Source of the DNA: an uncultured Candidatus Saccharibacteria bacterium
GTDB lineage: Bacteria > Patescibacteriota > Minisyncoccia > UBA6257 > JACRHY01
NCBI GenBank assembly: GCA_964360035.1
Contig: CAYHUJ010000003.1
Location: 1 to 36,392, forward strand
Direction of reading: 5' to 3'
DNA: 36,392 nt
The notes beneath the pieces were generated by a model, which was not told where the DNA came from, made no database searches, and saw only the letters and a list, made by a program, of their open reading frames with translations. Made by a program: the position numbers and the translations under genes. Below, piece by piece: positions 11,047 through 18,620 of this stretch (its first letter is position 1; each line of letters begins with the position of its first letter).

Positions 11047-11565
11047 TTATTTAAATAATCTTACCCGCGCCGGCCTGATGACGCGGCCGCGGAGAGAATA
11101 TCCTCTTTCTATTTCCTCCGCCACCGTCCCCGGCTCCCCCTCTCCGTCCGTTTCGGCGATCGCTTCATGAACGGCCGGATTGAATTTATCGCCGGGCAAA
11201 ACGGCTACGCGTTCAAGGCCCCGTTTTTTCAGCGCGTCTTCCAGTTGAGCGCGAATCATCAAAACGCCCCTATTCCGCTTTTCATCGCCGTCCGCCACCG
11301 CCAAACTCAAATCAAAACTGTCCAGCACGACGATCAATTCCCTCATCAGATCGTCATTCGCGAATTTGGCGATTTCTTCAAGTCGTTTCAGTTCGTCTTT
11401 TTTATAATTCAACAGGTCCGCCTTCGCCCGTTTCCAGCCGTCCAGATATTCGCCGCTCTGCTTCCGGCATTTTTCAAGCTCATCCGCCGCTTCGGCGGAT
11501 TTCCCTTCTCCTTCGCCTTGCGGCGAAGACGGCGCTCCCCCGTTTTTTTTATCGTCTTTTTCCAT
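11047..11565 (-). CDS. grpE: Nucleotide exchange factor GrpE
   Basis: RAKADLLNYKK, FNPAVHEAI, GYSLRGRVIRPARV. Confidence 0.96.
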   Translation of the reverse strand: MEKDDKKNGGAPSSPQGEGEGKSAEAADELEKCRKQSGEYLDGWKRAKADLLNYKKDELKRLEEIAKFANDDLMRELIVVLDSFDLSLAVADGDEKRNRGVLMIRAQLEDALKKRGLERVAVLPGDKFNPAVHEAIAETDGEGEPGTVAEEIERGYSLRGRVIRPARVRLFK

Positions 11566-12283
11566 TGATTTTTGTTTTTAATGATATTCTTCTCTTTATT
11601 CCCATAAGTGATTTGATATTTTTTTTATAATCCATTTTTTTGGAACCAACGACGGCGATCACGTTCCTTTCTCCGCCGACGACGCAGACATCCACGATAG
11701 CCGCCAATTGGGCGCTGCGAGTCAAAAAATTTTTCCCGATAAAAACCCGCGGCGCCGGAAAATCGTCCGTCAGGCGGCCAGCCAGCTTTTTCATTCTCTC
11801 GCTCAGATTTTCAAAATCGCTGATGATTTCGCGCAAATCGCCCCGTTCCGGAAAATCAACGCTTTCAATCAGTTCGTCCAGCCCCTTTTTAAAAATTTCT
11901 TCTTTTTCCGCCACGCAGAGAGCGCCGAGCGACTTCATCTGCCGCGATAAAAGGGAAACAAAAAGTTCGCGTTCGCCTTTCAGCAGATCATCCGCCAGAT
12001 CGCCAATCCGCTCCCCGTCGGCAAAAAAACCGGCCGACGCCGCATCGCCTAAAATCCGTTCGGCAAAAAAAGCGTAAGCGCGGTCGCTGGGAACCCTTCC
12101 GCCGGAAACATGCGGCTGAACCAGCCAGCCCCCGCTTGTCAGGTCGCTTAAAATCATCCGAATCGCCGCCGGTTTTATCCCGAAATCATACCGTTCGTAA
12201 AGCCAGTCGGAACTTACCGGCCTGCCCGTCCTAATGAATTCTTCAACGGAGCGTTCCAAAATGCGCCGATCGCGTTCTTTCAT
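11549..12283 (-). CDS. hrcA: Heat-inducible repressor HrcA (shortened)
   Basis: ERDRRIL...PVSS...AAIR...QPHVSGGRVPS; C-terminal VVGSKKMDY. Start moved to ATG 12283 because the CIRCE and promoter lie inside the longer ORF call. Confidence 0.88.
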   Translation of the reverse strand: MKERDRRILERSVEEFIRTGRPVSSDWLYERYDFGIKPAAIRMILSDLTSGGWLVQPHVSGGRVPSDRAYAFFAERILGDAASAGFFADGERIGDLADDLLKGERELFVSLLSRQMKSLGALCVAEKEEIFKKGLDELIESVDFPERGDLREIISDFENLSERMKKLAGRLTDDFPAPRVFIGKNFLTRSAQLAAIVDVCVVGGERNVIAVVGSKKMDYKKNIKSLMGIKRRISLKTKINGKRR

Positions 12284-12290
12284 TGCGTCC

Positions 12291-12327
12291 ATTATAAATT
12301 TTAGCACTCTCTTGTCAAGAGTGCCAA
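12291..12327 (-). promoter_or_regulatory. CIRCE operator with embedded sigma70 promoter for hrcA-grpE-dnaK-dnaJ
   Basis: TTAGCACTC-tcttgtcaa-GAGTGCCAA at 12301-12327; TTGACA (12318-12313), 16 nt, TATAAT (12296-12291). Confidence 0.92.
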
Positions 12328-12348
12328 AAGGCGGGCGCGGAAAATTCA

Positions 12349-14040
12349 TCAGTATGTTCTCGCCAGAATGTCCAAATCCCGCTTTTTCAAAAAGGCGAGG
12401 CGTTCAAAGTTGGCGTCCTCGGAAATAAACTGCGCCACCTGCTGGCCGCCGATAAAATGCGGCAAAATCACGTAGTCGGCGCCTTCTTCGTAAAGAAGCC
12501 GCGCCTCCCATTCTTCCATCGCCGTCATTATTATTTTCGGCCCGGCGGAAGCGGAGAAATGCCGCTTGACGCGGCTCAGAAGAAAAAGATTGTCGTTGAC
12601 GTCCGGAACCGTGGAGATGATAATCCGCGCGTCAAAAATATGGATGTCGTCCTGGATTTCCTCGTCGGCGATATCGCCATAGACGACGTAAAACCCCTCG
12701 CCCCCAAGCTTCTGGACGACATCGGGATTAAAATCAACGATTATCACCCCCTCTTTCGGCAAAACGGACAAAAGATGCTGACCGAGACGGTGGGCGCCGG
12801 CAAGAACGATATGCTCTTTCCAGCCCTTTTCCGTCAGCGCTTTTTCTTTCGGCTGTTTTTTTTCAAAAACCGACAAAAGCGGCGAAAGTAGAGAGTAAAG
12901 GCGGTCGCCGTAAATAATAAGGTACGTGGACCCCGTAATCGTAACGATACCCACGAGAGTGATAAGCGAAACTTCGCTCTCTCCGAAATGGCCGACGCCG
13001 CGGCCAAGCTGCATCAGCACGAAGCTGAATTCGGAAATTTGGGCCATGGTAATCCCCGACAAAAAACTCGTTCTTTTTTTATAGCCCAGAAGGCCCATTA
13101 AAATCATCACAATCAAAGGATTGCCGATAAGCACGAACAGGGAAAAAACGGCGACCGTCGGCCAAATTTCGGAAATGTCGCCCAGCGCGAGAGTTGAGCC
13201 GAGAACGATGAAGAAAACGATGATGAAAAAATCGCGCAGCGGCCTGATGCGCGAATGGATTTGAAAGTGCTCGGCGGAAAACGAAAGGGCGATGCCCGCC
13301 AAAAACCCGCCGATTTCCAGCGAAAGCCCGATCCAGGAAGAGGAAAAAAGATACGCTATACCCAGCGCCCAGGCGATGCTTAACAGAAACAAAAGTTCCT
13401 GCGATTTGGCGATTGTTTTTATCAAAGCGGGAATGACGTTTTTGCCCATAAAGAAAATCGCGGCAAAAAGAACCGCCCCCTTCAGGAAAACGAGAAGAAA
13501 ATCAAAAACGCCCGGGCTGTTTCCGGAAGCGCCGAAACCGGCCAGAAAAACCAGCGCGGCCAGAGCCAGAAGGTCCTGAATCAAAAGAACGCCGACCATC
13601 AGCCGCCCGTATAAGCTATGCAGGTCTTTTTTCTCGGAAAGCAGTTTGACGACGATGATGGTGCTGGAAAACGTCAGGGCAACGGCGATATAAACGGAGG
13701 CGATAACTGAAAAGCCGAGAAATTGAGCGAGAAGAAAGCCGATGACGGCCGTAAAGGCGACTTGCCCGAGACCGACAATAACCGCCGCTTTTCCGATATT
13801 CTTCAGGCCGGTAACGTTCATTTCAATGCCGACCAGAAATAAAAGCAGAGTGATGCCGATGCGCGACATTATTTCCAGCGTCTCCTTGCTGTCCAGCGCC
13901 AGATATCCGAGCGGACCGGCGATGACTCCGGTGAGAATGTAGGCCAAAATAGGCGGCTGTTTCAAAAACCGCCCGATAAGCGCGAATACGCCGGCAATCA
14001 TTAAAATAACGGCGATTTCAAAAAATCCTTTTTCAATCAT
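12349..14040 (-). CDS. CPA2/Kef-type cation:proton antiporter with C-terminal RCK (TrkA-N) domain
   Basis: Many TM helices; LLLFLVGIE, FSSTIIVVKLL, QISEFSF; C-terminal GAHRLG...VVYGD...GADYVI. Confidence 0.92.
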   Translation of the reverse strand: MIEKGFFEIAVILMIAGVFALIGRFLKQPPILAYILTGVIAGPLGYLALDSKETLEIMSRIGITLLLFLVGIEMNVTGLKNIGKAAVIVGLGQVAFTAVIGFLLAQFLGFSVIASVYIAVALTFSSTIIVVKLLSEKKDLHSLYGRLMVGVLLIQDLLALAALVFLAGFGASGNSPGVFDFLLVFLKGAVLFAAIFFMGKNVIPALIKTIAKSQELLFLLSIAWALGIAYLFSSSWIGLSLEIGGFLAGIALSFSAEHFQIHSRIRPLRDFFIIVFFIVLGSTLALGDISEIWPTVAVFSLFVLIGNPLIVMILMGLLGYKKRTSFLSGITMAQISEFSFVLMQLGRGVGHFGESEVSLITLVGIVTITGSTYLIIYGDRLYSLLSPLLSVFEKKQPKEKALTEKGWKEHIVLAGAHRLGQHLLSVLPKEGVIIVDFNPDVVQKLGGEGFYVVYGDIADEEIQDDIHIFDARIIISTVPDVNDNLFLLSRVKRHFSASAGPKIIMTAMEEWEARLLYEEGADYVILPHFIGGQQVAQFISEDANFERLAFLKKRDLDILARTY

Positions 14041-14097
14041 TTGCCGTTAATTAAACCAAATTTTAAATGAAAAATGAAGCGTTAAAAAAACCCGCTT

Positions 14098-14616
14098 CTA
14101 CGGCGAAGCGGGAGCGGAATAATCAACGACGCATCCGCGGTCAAGAGAGTCAAAATCAACGATCAGGCGGATGACTTTGCCGTTTTTAATCTTCACTTTC
14201 GCGGTCGCCATCCAGTTAAAAACGCTCAATTCGCCTTCTTTACCGATGACGTGATCGGAAAACATCATCACCGCCCAAAGAAAGCCGGAAACATCGGAAA
14301 AGGCGCTTTCATCAACAGCCGTTTTGAACAGCCGCCTTTCCCACCGGCCGATTTTTTTGTAGAGGCCGTCGCGAAATTTCGCCACAAAGTCCTCGCGGTA
14401 ATTTCTTTCCAAATCAACCGCCGTCGGCATTGCGGGGATGGCGGAGAACCGTTCGGCTTTCCGGAAATCGTTTTCCACGAGAAGCGCGGTTAAAAACTCG
14501 GCGGCCGTCTTCTTGTCGTTATTTTCCGTTCCGGCGGCGTCGCTGTCGCCGGAAAAATAAAATGAGAAAACAAGAAAAACGGCGAGAAACGCAAACGCGA
14601 TTCGCGTTTTCGGCAT
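14098..14616 (-). CDS. Secreted hypothetical protein
   Basis: N-terminal signal-like hydrophobic segment; SD GAAGGAGG upstream. Confidence 0.7.
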   Translation of the reverse strand: MPKTRIAFAFLAVFLVFSFYFSGDSDAAGTENNDKKTAAEFLTALLVENDFRKAERFSAIPAMPTAVDLERNYREDFVAKFRDGLYKKIGRWERRLFKTAVDESAFSDVSGFLWAVMMFSDHVIGKEGELSVFNWMATAKVKIKNGKVIRLIVDFDSLDRGCVVDYSAPASP

Positions 14617-14618
14617 GG

Positions 14619-14924
14619 TCAGCCCTCCTTCGGAAAATTGTCAATGTAATACTGCGTGTCCGGCTTTTTCAAAAGGCCGTCCCGGAAAAGCCGCCATTTG
14701 ATGGCAAGGGGCGTTTCTCTCCGCGCCCGCTCAAAATGCTCTTCCGCTTCTTCCAAAAACATCGCCTCGGAGCGCGCGAGCCCCATTGTTTGCCATCTTT
14801 GCTTAAACAGCCCGCTCTGGCGATATGCCAGAAACGACTGCCGCGCCAGCCGCTCGTAATAAAACCGGAAATAAAACAGACAAAGAAAATCAATCAAACC
14901 GCCGCGTTTCGGAAAAGACGCCAT
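14619..14924 (-). CDS. Hypothetical protein
   Basis: ATG at 14924 preceded by AAGGAGG at 6 nt; 2-nt gap to the next gene. Confidence 0.55.
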   Translation of the reverse strand: MASFPKRGGLIDFLCLFYFRFYYERLARQSFLAYRQSGLFKQRWQTMGLARSEAMFLEEAEEHFERARRETPLAIKWRLFRDGLLKKPDTQYYIDNFPKEG

Positions 14925-15016
14925 TTTCCGCCTCCTTGAATTCTTAAGTGGCAAAGAACTTACTCAAATCAGAACACGAATCCGCCCCAAAAATCAATCC
15001 GGCGGGCGGCTTGACG

Positions 15017-15041
15017 AAATTAAATTCCGCGAGATTTAAAA
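15017..15041. repeat. 25-bp direct repeat, left flank of hicBA
   Basis: aaattaaattccgcgagatttaaaa, identical to 15573-15597. Confidence 0.92.
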
Positions 15042-15287
15042 TTATTCGCTATAAAAATGGGATTTCAATTCACTCTCGGGAATATACTTCGGGGCTTGAC
15101 GGTAGATAGCTTTAATCGTTCCCTTGTCTAATTCCGGATGGCCGGGAATGGTTAATGTCTGTTTCGCGCCGTCGGAAAGAATTCTGACTAATTTAATATG
15201 ACTGCCTTTCCGGGCAGCCACGGAAAAACCAAAGATAAAAAATATTTTTACCGCTTCTTGACCGGAAAAAATTTTAAGCTTTGGCAT
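15042..15287 (-). CDS. hicA: HicA family toxin (mRNA interferase)
   Basis: MPKLK...GF...RKGSHIKL...TIPGHPELDKGT. Confidence 0.88.
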   Translation of the reverse strand: MPKLKIFSGQEAVKIFFIFGFSVAARKGSHIKLVRILSDGAKQTLTIPGHPELDKGTIKAIYRQAPKYIPESELKSHFYSE

Positions 15288-15507
15288 GAACCAAGGAATC
15301 AACTTCGAAATTGGCTAAAACGGAGGGTTCAGCGGCTAAATCAAAATCTGACAAATTTTCTCCTTCTAATTGAAGGCTGATTGCTTCTTGAAGATTGCAA
15401 ACTAATTCATCGAGGGTTTTCCCCTGAGTAACAACGGGCAAATCCAAACACTCGGCAATATAGTATTTATCGCCTTTATAAATATGAACTTGGATAATTT
15501 TTTTCAT
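15274..15507 (-). CDS. hicB: HicB family antitoxin (short form, no obvious DNA-binding domain)
   Basis: YIAECLDLPVVTQGKTLDEL..NLQEAI.L.LE; overlaps hicA. Confidence 0.88.
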   Translation of the reverse strand: MKKIIQVHIYKGDKYYIAECLDLPVVTQGKTLDELVCNLQEAISLQLEGENLSDFDLAAEPSVLANFEVDSLVHAKA

Positions 15508-15516
15508 AGTAAATTT

Positions 15517-15546
15517 ATAGTATCACAATCAAAAAATCAAAGTCAA
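15517..15546 (-). promoter_or_regulatory. Promoter of hicBA
   Basis: TTGACT, 18 nt, TACTAT with extended TG; ATG 9 nt downstream. Confidence 0.6.
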
Positions 15547-15572
15547 ACGCGGGTAATTTTAATATCTTATCA

Positions 15573-15597
15573 AAATTAAATTCCGCGAGATTTAAAA
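15573..15597. repeat. 25-bp direct repeat, right flank of hicBA
   Basis: Identical to 15017-15041. Confidence 0.92.
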
Positions 15598-15641
15598 AGG
15601 CGCCGCTTCGTTGCGACGTCCTGTTTTTTTCGTCTTGATTT

Positions 15642-16010
15642 TCATCGGGCCTCAACCAGCGCCCGAAGAAAATTTTCAAACCGCTCCAGCGACGCAAACG
15701 GCTTTTGCAGCGCGGCGTCAACGCCGGCGGCAAACGCCCGCCTTTCCACCTCATCGCCGAGATCGGCGGTCATCATTACCACTTTAACCGCCGGAAAATG
15801 CGCCTTGACGAACCGCGCAACTTCAAATCCGTCGCGCTTGGGCATCTGGCGATCCGTCACCACCGCGTCCAGTTCGCCGGAGAGATTTTTGACAATTTCA
15901 ATCCCCTCCTCTCCATCGGCGGCAACCGTTACTTCGTGCCCGAAAGCCGCCAATCCGGCCGCCAGCATCGTTCTTAGACTTTGATGGTCTTCCACCACCA
16001 AAATTTTCAT
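15642..16010 (-). CDS. Single-domain response regulator (CheY-like receiver)
   Basis: ILVVED, VVTDRQMP..DG, MMTA, LQKP. Confidence 0.92.
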   Translation of the reverse strand: MKILVVEDHQSLRTMLAAGLAAFGHEVTVAADGEEGIEIVKNLSGELDAVVTDRQMPKRDGFEVARFVKAHFPAVKVVMMTADLGDEVERRAFAAGVDAALQKPFASLERFENFLRALVEAR

Positions 16011-16156
16011 CGTTGGCCCCCTTTCAAAAAATCAACGAAGAACTAAAGATTCTATTAATAAAGACAACCATGACCCAAATTACTTGTCAAATTCATGCCG
16101 CAAAAGTCAATTATGGATGTTAAGCTTCCATAGGGCTTAAAAGTCATCGTCGTCTT

Positions 16157-17611
16157 TTAACTGCCGAGGGGTATTGCCAAGAGGGTGCGTCTCCAGAAAG
16201 AGCTGGTTCCTCCGCCGCTAACTAAATATTTGAGCACGACAGTGTGACTGCCGGCGGAAAGATTTATAATCGCCACTCGAGAAACAACGCCTGTGCCAGC
16301 CTGCGACCAAATTTCGCCATACATAATATCCTTATTAACGCCATCAATGGATACTATTATTTGAGAATTGGCCCCACTAGTACCGTTGGATGCGGTAACT
16401 GAATAACTGATTAAAACATCTTGGGCTTTATTTAACGAAATAGATATGGTATCAGGGGTAGTTAATTGGGTCCATGTAGTAGAGGTGGTTGTTTCCTGTG
16501 TCCCTACGTCACTTTGCTGGCGATTCTTCATTTCCGTAACCAATAAACCGTTGGCATTAAGAGAGCCGTTGACATCCAGTTTACTCGCCGGCGCCGTCGT
16601 TCCGATGCCGACGTTGCTATTTGAAGAAAAGAAAAGCGTTGAAGTGGCAACTTGCGCGCCGGAAGAGTTAAAAGTAACGGCTTGACCTTCGGAACCGACT
16701 ACCATTGAAGCAATGGGGTTGCCGTTAAAATAAAGCGTGCCGCCTTGATTATAAAGAGCGTTGGCGGCGGCGCTCGGCGTGGTTGAAGCGAGAGTAATGG
16801 CGCCTTGCACGGCAAGACGGTTTGAAGGCGTCGTCGTTCCGATGCCGACGTTGCCGGAATTGGTATTGTAAATGTCGGTGCTACTCGCGTTCCAGCCGCC
16901 GAGAAGATTCCAGGAACCGTTACGATAACCGCGGAAAACGTTATCGGTCGTGTTGTAATAAATCGCGCCGTTTGATCCGGCGGGGTCGCTCGCGACAGAG
17001 CCGAGATAAAGAAGGTCTGACAAACGAAGAGTCGCCCAGCGAGGATTGGAGGCGCCGATGTTGAGCGTGCCGTCGGCGTTGGGAAGCAGATCGGTGTCAA
17101 AAGTGGCGGCGGAAACACGGGCGATAGCCGAACGAAGCGTCCGCGAAGCCATCTGCTGGGGATTTTCCGTATTGTAAGAAAGCGACAAATCAACCGTCAC
17201 GCTGTCATGCGCGCCGGGATTCTGATATTTGCGGAAAACGAGCCCGTCCACTTTCACCTGCGAGCTCGTCAAGGTCGTCGTGGCGCCGGCTCCCTGTTTC
17301 AAATAAACGGCGGCGGTGTCCGAAGAAATCAAAATTGGATCAAGGGCGGCGTCTTTCATCCGCAATTTTAAAACGGTTTCGCCGCTTCCCGCGGACATTT
17401 CAATCAAGCTGGATTCGCGTACCAGCCGCTGAATCGTCTGCATTACGAAATTCGCCTGCTGGGCCACCTCCGCCGAAGACGTCTCGCGGCTCTGAACTCT
17501 TAAAACGATGGTCAATATTCCAACGCCGGCACTCGCCACCACCGCGAAAATGGCGATGTAAACGATAAGCTCAACGAGCGAAAATCCTTTTTGCGATTTT
17601 TCTTTTTGCAT
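16157..17611 (-). CDS. Long type IV pilin-like protein with prepilin N-terminus, NVGIGT repeats and a distinct C-terminal domain
   Basis: KG|FSLVELIVYIAI class III signal; two NVGIGTT repeats; Ser/Thr/Gly/Asn-rich beta domains. Confidence 0.88.
   Translation of the reverse strand: MQKEKSQKGFSLVELIVYIAIFAVVASAGVGILTIVLRVQSRETSSAEVAQQANFVMQTIQRLVRESSLIEMSAGSGETVLKLRMKDAALDPILISSDTAAVYLKQGAGATTTLTSSQVKVDGLVFRKYQNPGAHDSVTVDLSLSYNTENPQQMASRTLRSAIARVSAATFDTDLLPNADGTLNIGASNPRWATLRLSDLLYLGSVASDPAGSNGAIYYNTTDNVFRGYRNGSWNLLGGWNASSTDIYNTNSGNVGIGTTTPSNRLAVQGAITLASTTPSAAANALYNQGGTLYFNGNPIASMVVGSEGQAVTFNSSGAQVATSTLFFSSNSNVGIGTTAPASKLDVNGSLNANGLLVTEMKNRQQSDVGTQETTTSTTWTQLTTPDTISISLNKAQDVLISYSVTASNGTSGANSQIIVSIDGVNKDIMYGEIWSQAGTGVVSRVAIINLSAGSHTVVLKYLVSGGGTSSFWRRTLLAIPLGS
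16595..16854. repeat. Two identical 23-bp repeats inside the pilin gene
   Basis: cgtcgttccgatgccgacgttgc at 16595-16617 and 16832-16854 (encodes NVGIGTT). Confidence 0.9.
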
Positions 17612-17624
17612 AATGCTGATTCGT

Positions 17625-17936
17625 TTATGGCCTTTTTCTTTCCAATGCTATTACGCGCTTTTCCAACGCTAAAAATTCGTCGCGGCTGACTTTTACTTTT
17701 AAATCGTTGCGAATAAGATGCAGCTCGTCAAAAACCATCTCAAATTTATAATTAATCTCGCTCCGAAATTCGCGAAATTCGCGATGATTTTCATCAATCT
17801 TCTTTTCCAGCGCTTGATGCCCTTCCGCCACCAGCCCCAATTTTGAATCAATGTCTTCTAAAACAACGCCGAATCGGCGGGGGAAAGCGCCCTCGGCCGT
17901 TTTTCCGTTTTTTGATTCTTTGCTCTTTCCGGCCAT
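17625..17936 (-). CDS. Small coiled-coil hypothetical protein, similar to 1488..1814
   Basis: RFGVVLEDIDS...LEKRVIALE versus RFTVVLEAIQS...LEERVKRLE. Confidence 0.75.
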   Translation of the reverse strand: MAGKSKESKNGKTAEGAFPRRFGVVLEDIDSKLGLVAEGHQALEKKIDENHREFREFRSEINYKFEMVFDELHLIRNDLKVKVSRDEFLALEKRVIALERKRP

Positions 17937-17978
17937 ATTAAATTCATCATATCAAAAACGCGGGAGGATCGCAATCTG

Positions 17979-18007
17979 TTCTTGCCTCGCCGGTGTGGAT
18001 AACTTAC
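17979..18007. repeat. 29-bp direct repeat containing a DnaA box, left flank of the RelE module
   Basis: ttcttgcctcgccggtgtggataacttac, identical to 18557-18585. Confidence 0.92.
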
Positions 18008-18058
18008 CGCAAGATTATTTTCAAAAAAATCCGAAACTTGACGGAGGCGGGAATCGTT

Positions 18059-18310
18059 TCAATCGTAAATTTCGCCTCGTTTGGCAACTTTGAGAATATA
18101 AATAGCGTTATTCTTAACATCAAAAATCAGCCGATAATCCCCGACCCGAAAACGGCGGTTGCCCTCTTGGTGATTTGTAAGATGTTTGGCGAATTTTAAA
18201 GGATTTTCCCGGCTTGCGTAAAAGCGCATTTTATCAACGATGCGTTTTTGGACCGAATGGGGCAAATTTTCCAATTGCTTGGCGGCTTTGCGGGTATAAA
18301 AAAACTTCAT
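18059..18310 (-). CDS. relE: RelE/ParE family toxin
   Basis: AAKQLENLPHSVQKRI...RRFRVGDYRLIF...ILKVAKRGEIY; TGATG coupling to the upstream gene. Confidence 0.88.
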   Translation of the reverse strand: MKFFYTRKAAKQLENLPHSVQKRIVDKMRFYASRENPLKFAKHLTNHQEGNRRFRVGDYRLIFDVKNNAIYILKVAKRGEIYD

Positions 18311-18504
18311 CAAAAGCCGAGTTTCTTAAACAGCGCCTCTTGGGAGATTATTTTCTTCCGATTTATTTCTTTTCTGGCCTCGCGAACGTCCATTAAATTT
18401 TCCACATACGACAAAAAAACCCCGAAGCGTTCGTCAAGTCTTTTCAGGCGGCGATATTCCGCTTTTGAAATGAAAATTTTATCCCTTGTCGCGATATTGG
18501 CCAT
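18310..18504 (-). CDS. Putative cognate antitoxin
   Basis: 64 aa, translationally coupled upstream of relE; ends ISQEALFKKLGF. Confidence 0.75.
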   Translation of the reverse strand: MANIATRDKIFISKAEYRRLKRLDERFGVFLSYVENLMDVREARKEINRKKIISQEALFKKLGF

Positions 18505-18512
18505 GATTGATC

Positions 18513-18540
18513 ATGTTATCAAAATAAAATCAAAAGTCAA
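18513..18540 (-). promoter_or_regulatory. Promoter of the antitoxin-relE pair
   Basis: TTGACT, 16 nt, TAACAT with extended TG; ATG 8 nt downstream. Confidence 0.6.
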
Positions 18541-18556
18541 AACGGTCAGTCTCCGT

Positions 18557-18588
18557 TTCTTGCCTCGCCGGTGTGGATAACTTACAAT
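18557..18588 (+). promoter_or_regulatory. Right 29-bp repeat copy forming a probable cysS-dnaB-recR promoter with a DnaA box in the spacer
   Basis: TTGCCT (18560-65), 17 nt, TACAAT (18583-88); TGTGGATAA at 18572-18580. Confidence 0.65.
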
Positions 18589-18620
18589 TGACGATAAACA
18601 AGCCGCCAAACGACGCCGTC

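Noticed and set aside
12284-12349. N-terminal extension of hrcA in the ORF track
   Set aside because: It spans the CIRCE and promoter, and HrcA similarity begins at MKERDRRIL.
16157-17611. Diversity-generating retroelement target in the pilin
   Set aside because: There is no reverse transcriptase and no ~100-bp template/variable repeat pair differing at adenines in the window.
15017-18585. CRISPR array, or Xer dif/pdif sites, as an explanation for the direct repeats
   Set aside because: There are only two copies of each repeat, separated by about 550 bp of genes, with no cas genes and no resemblance to the XerD arm TTATGTTAAAT.
18573-18620. GTG-start extension of cysS
   Set aside because: It overlaps the DnaA box and predicted -10; the family start is MKIYNTL at 18621.
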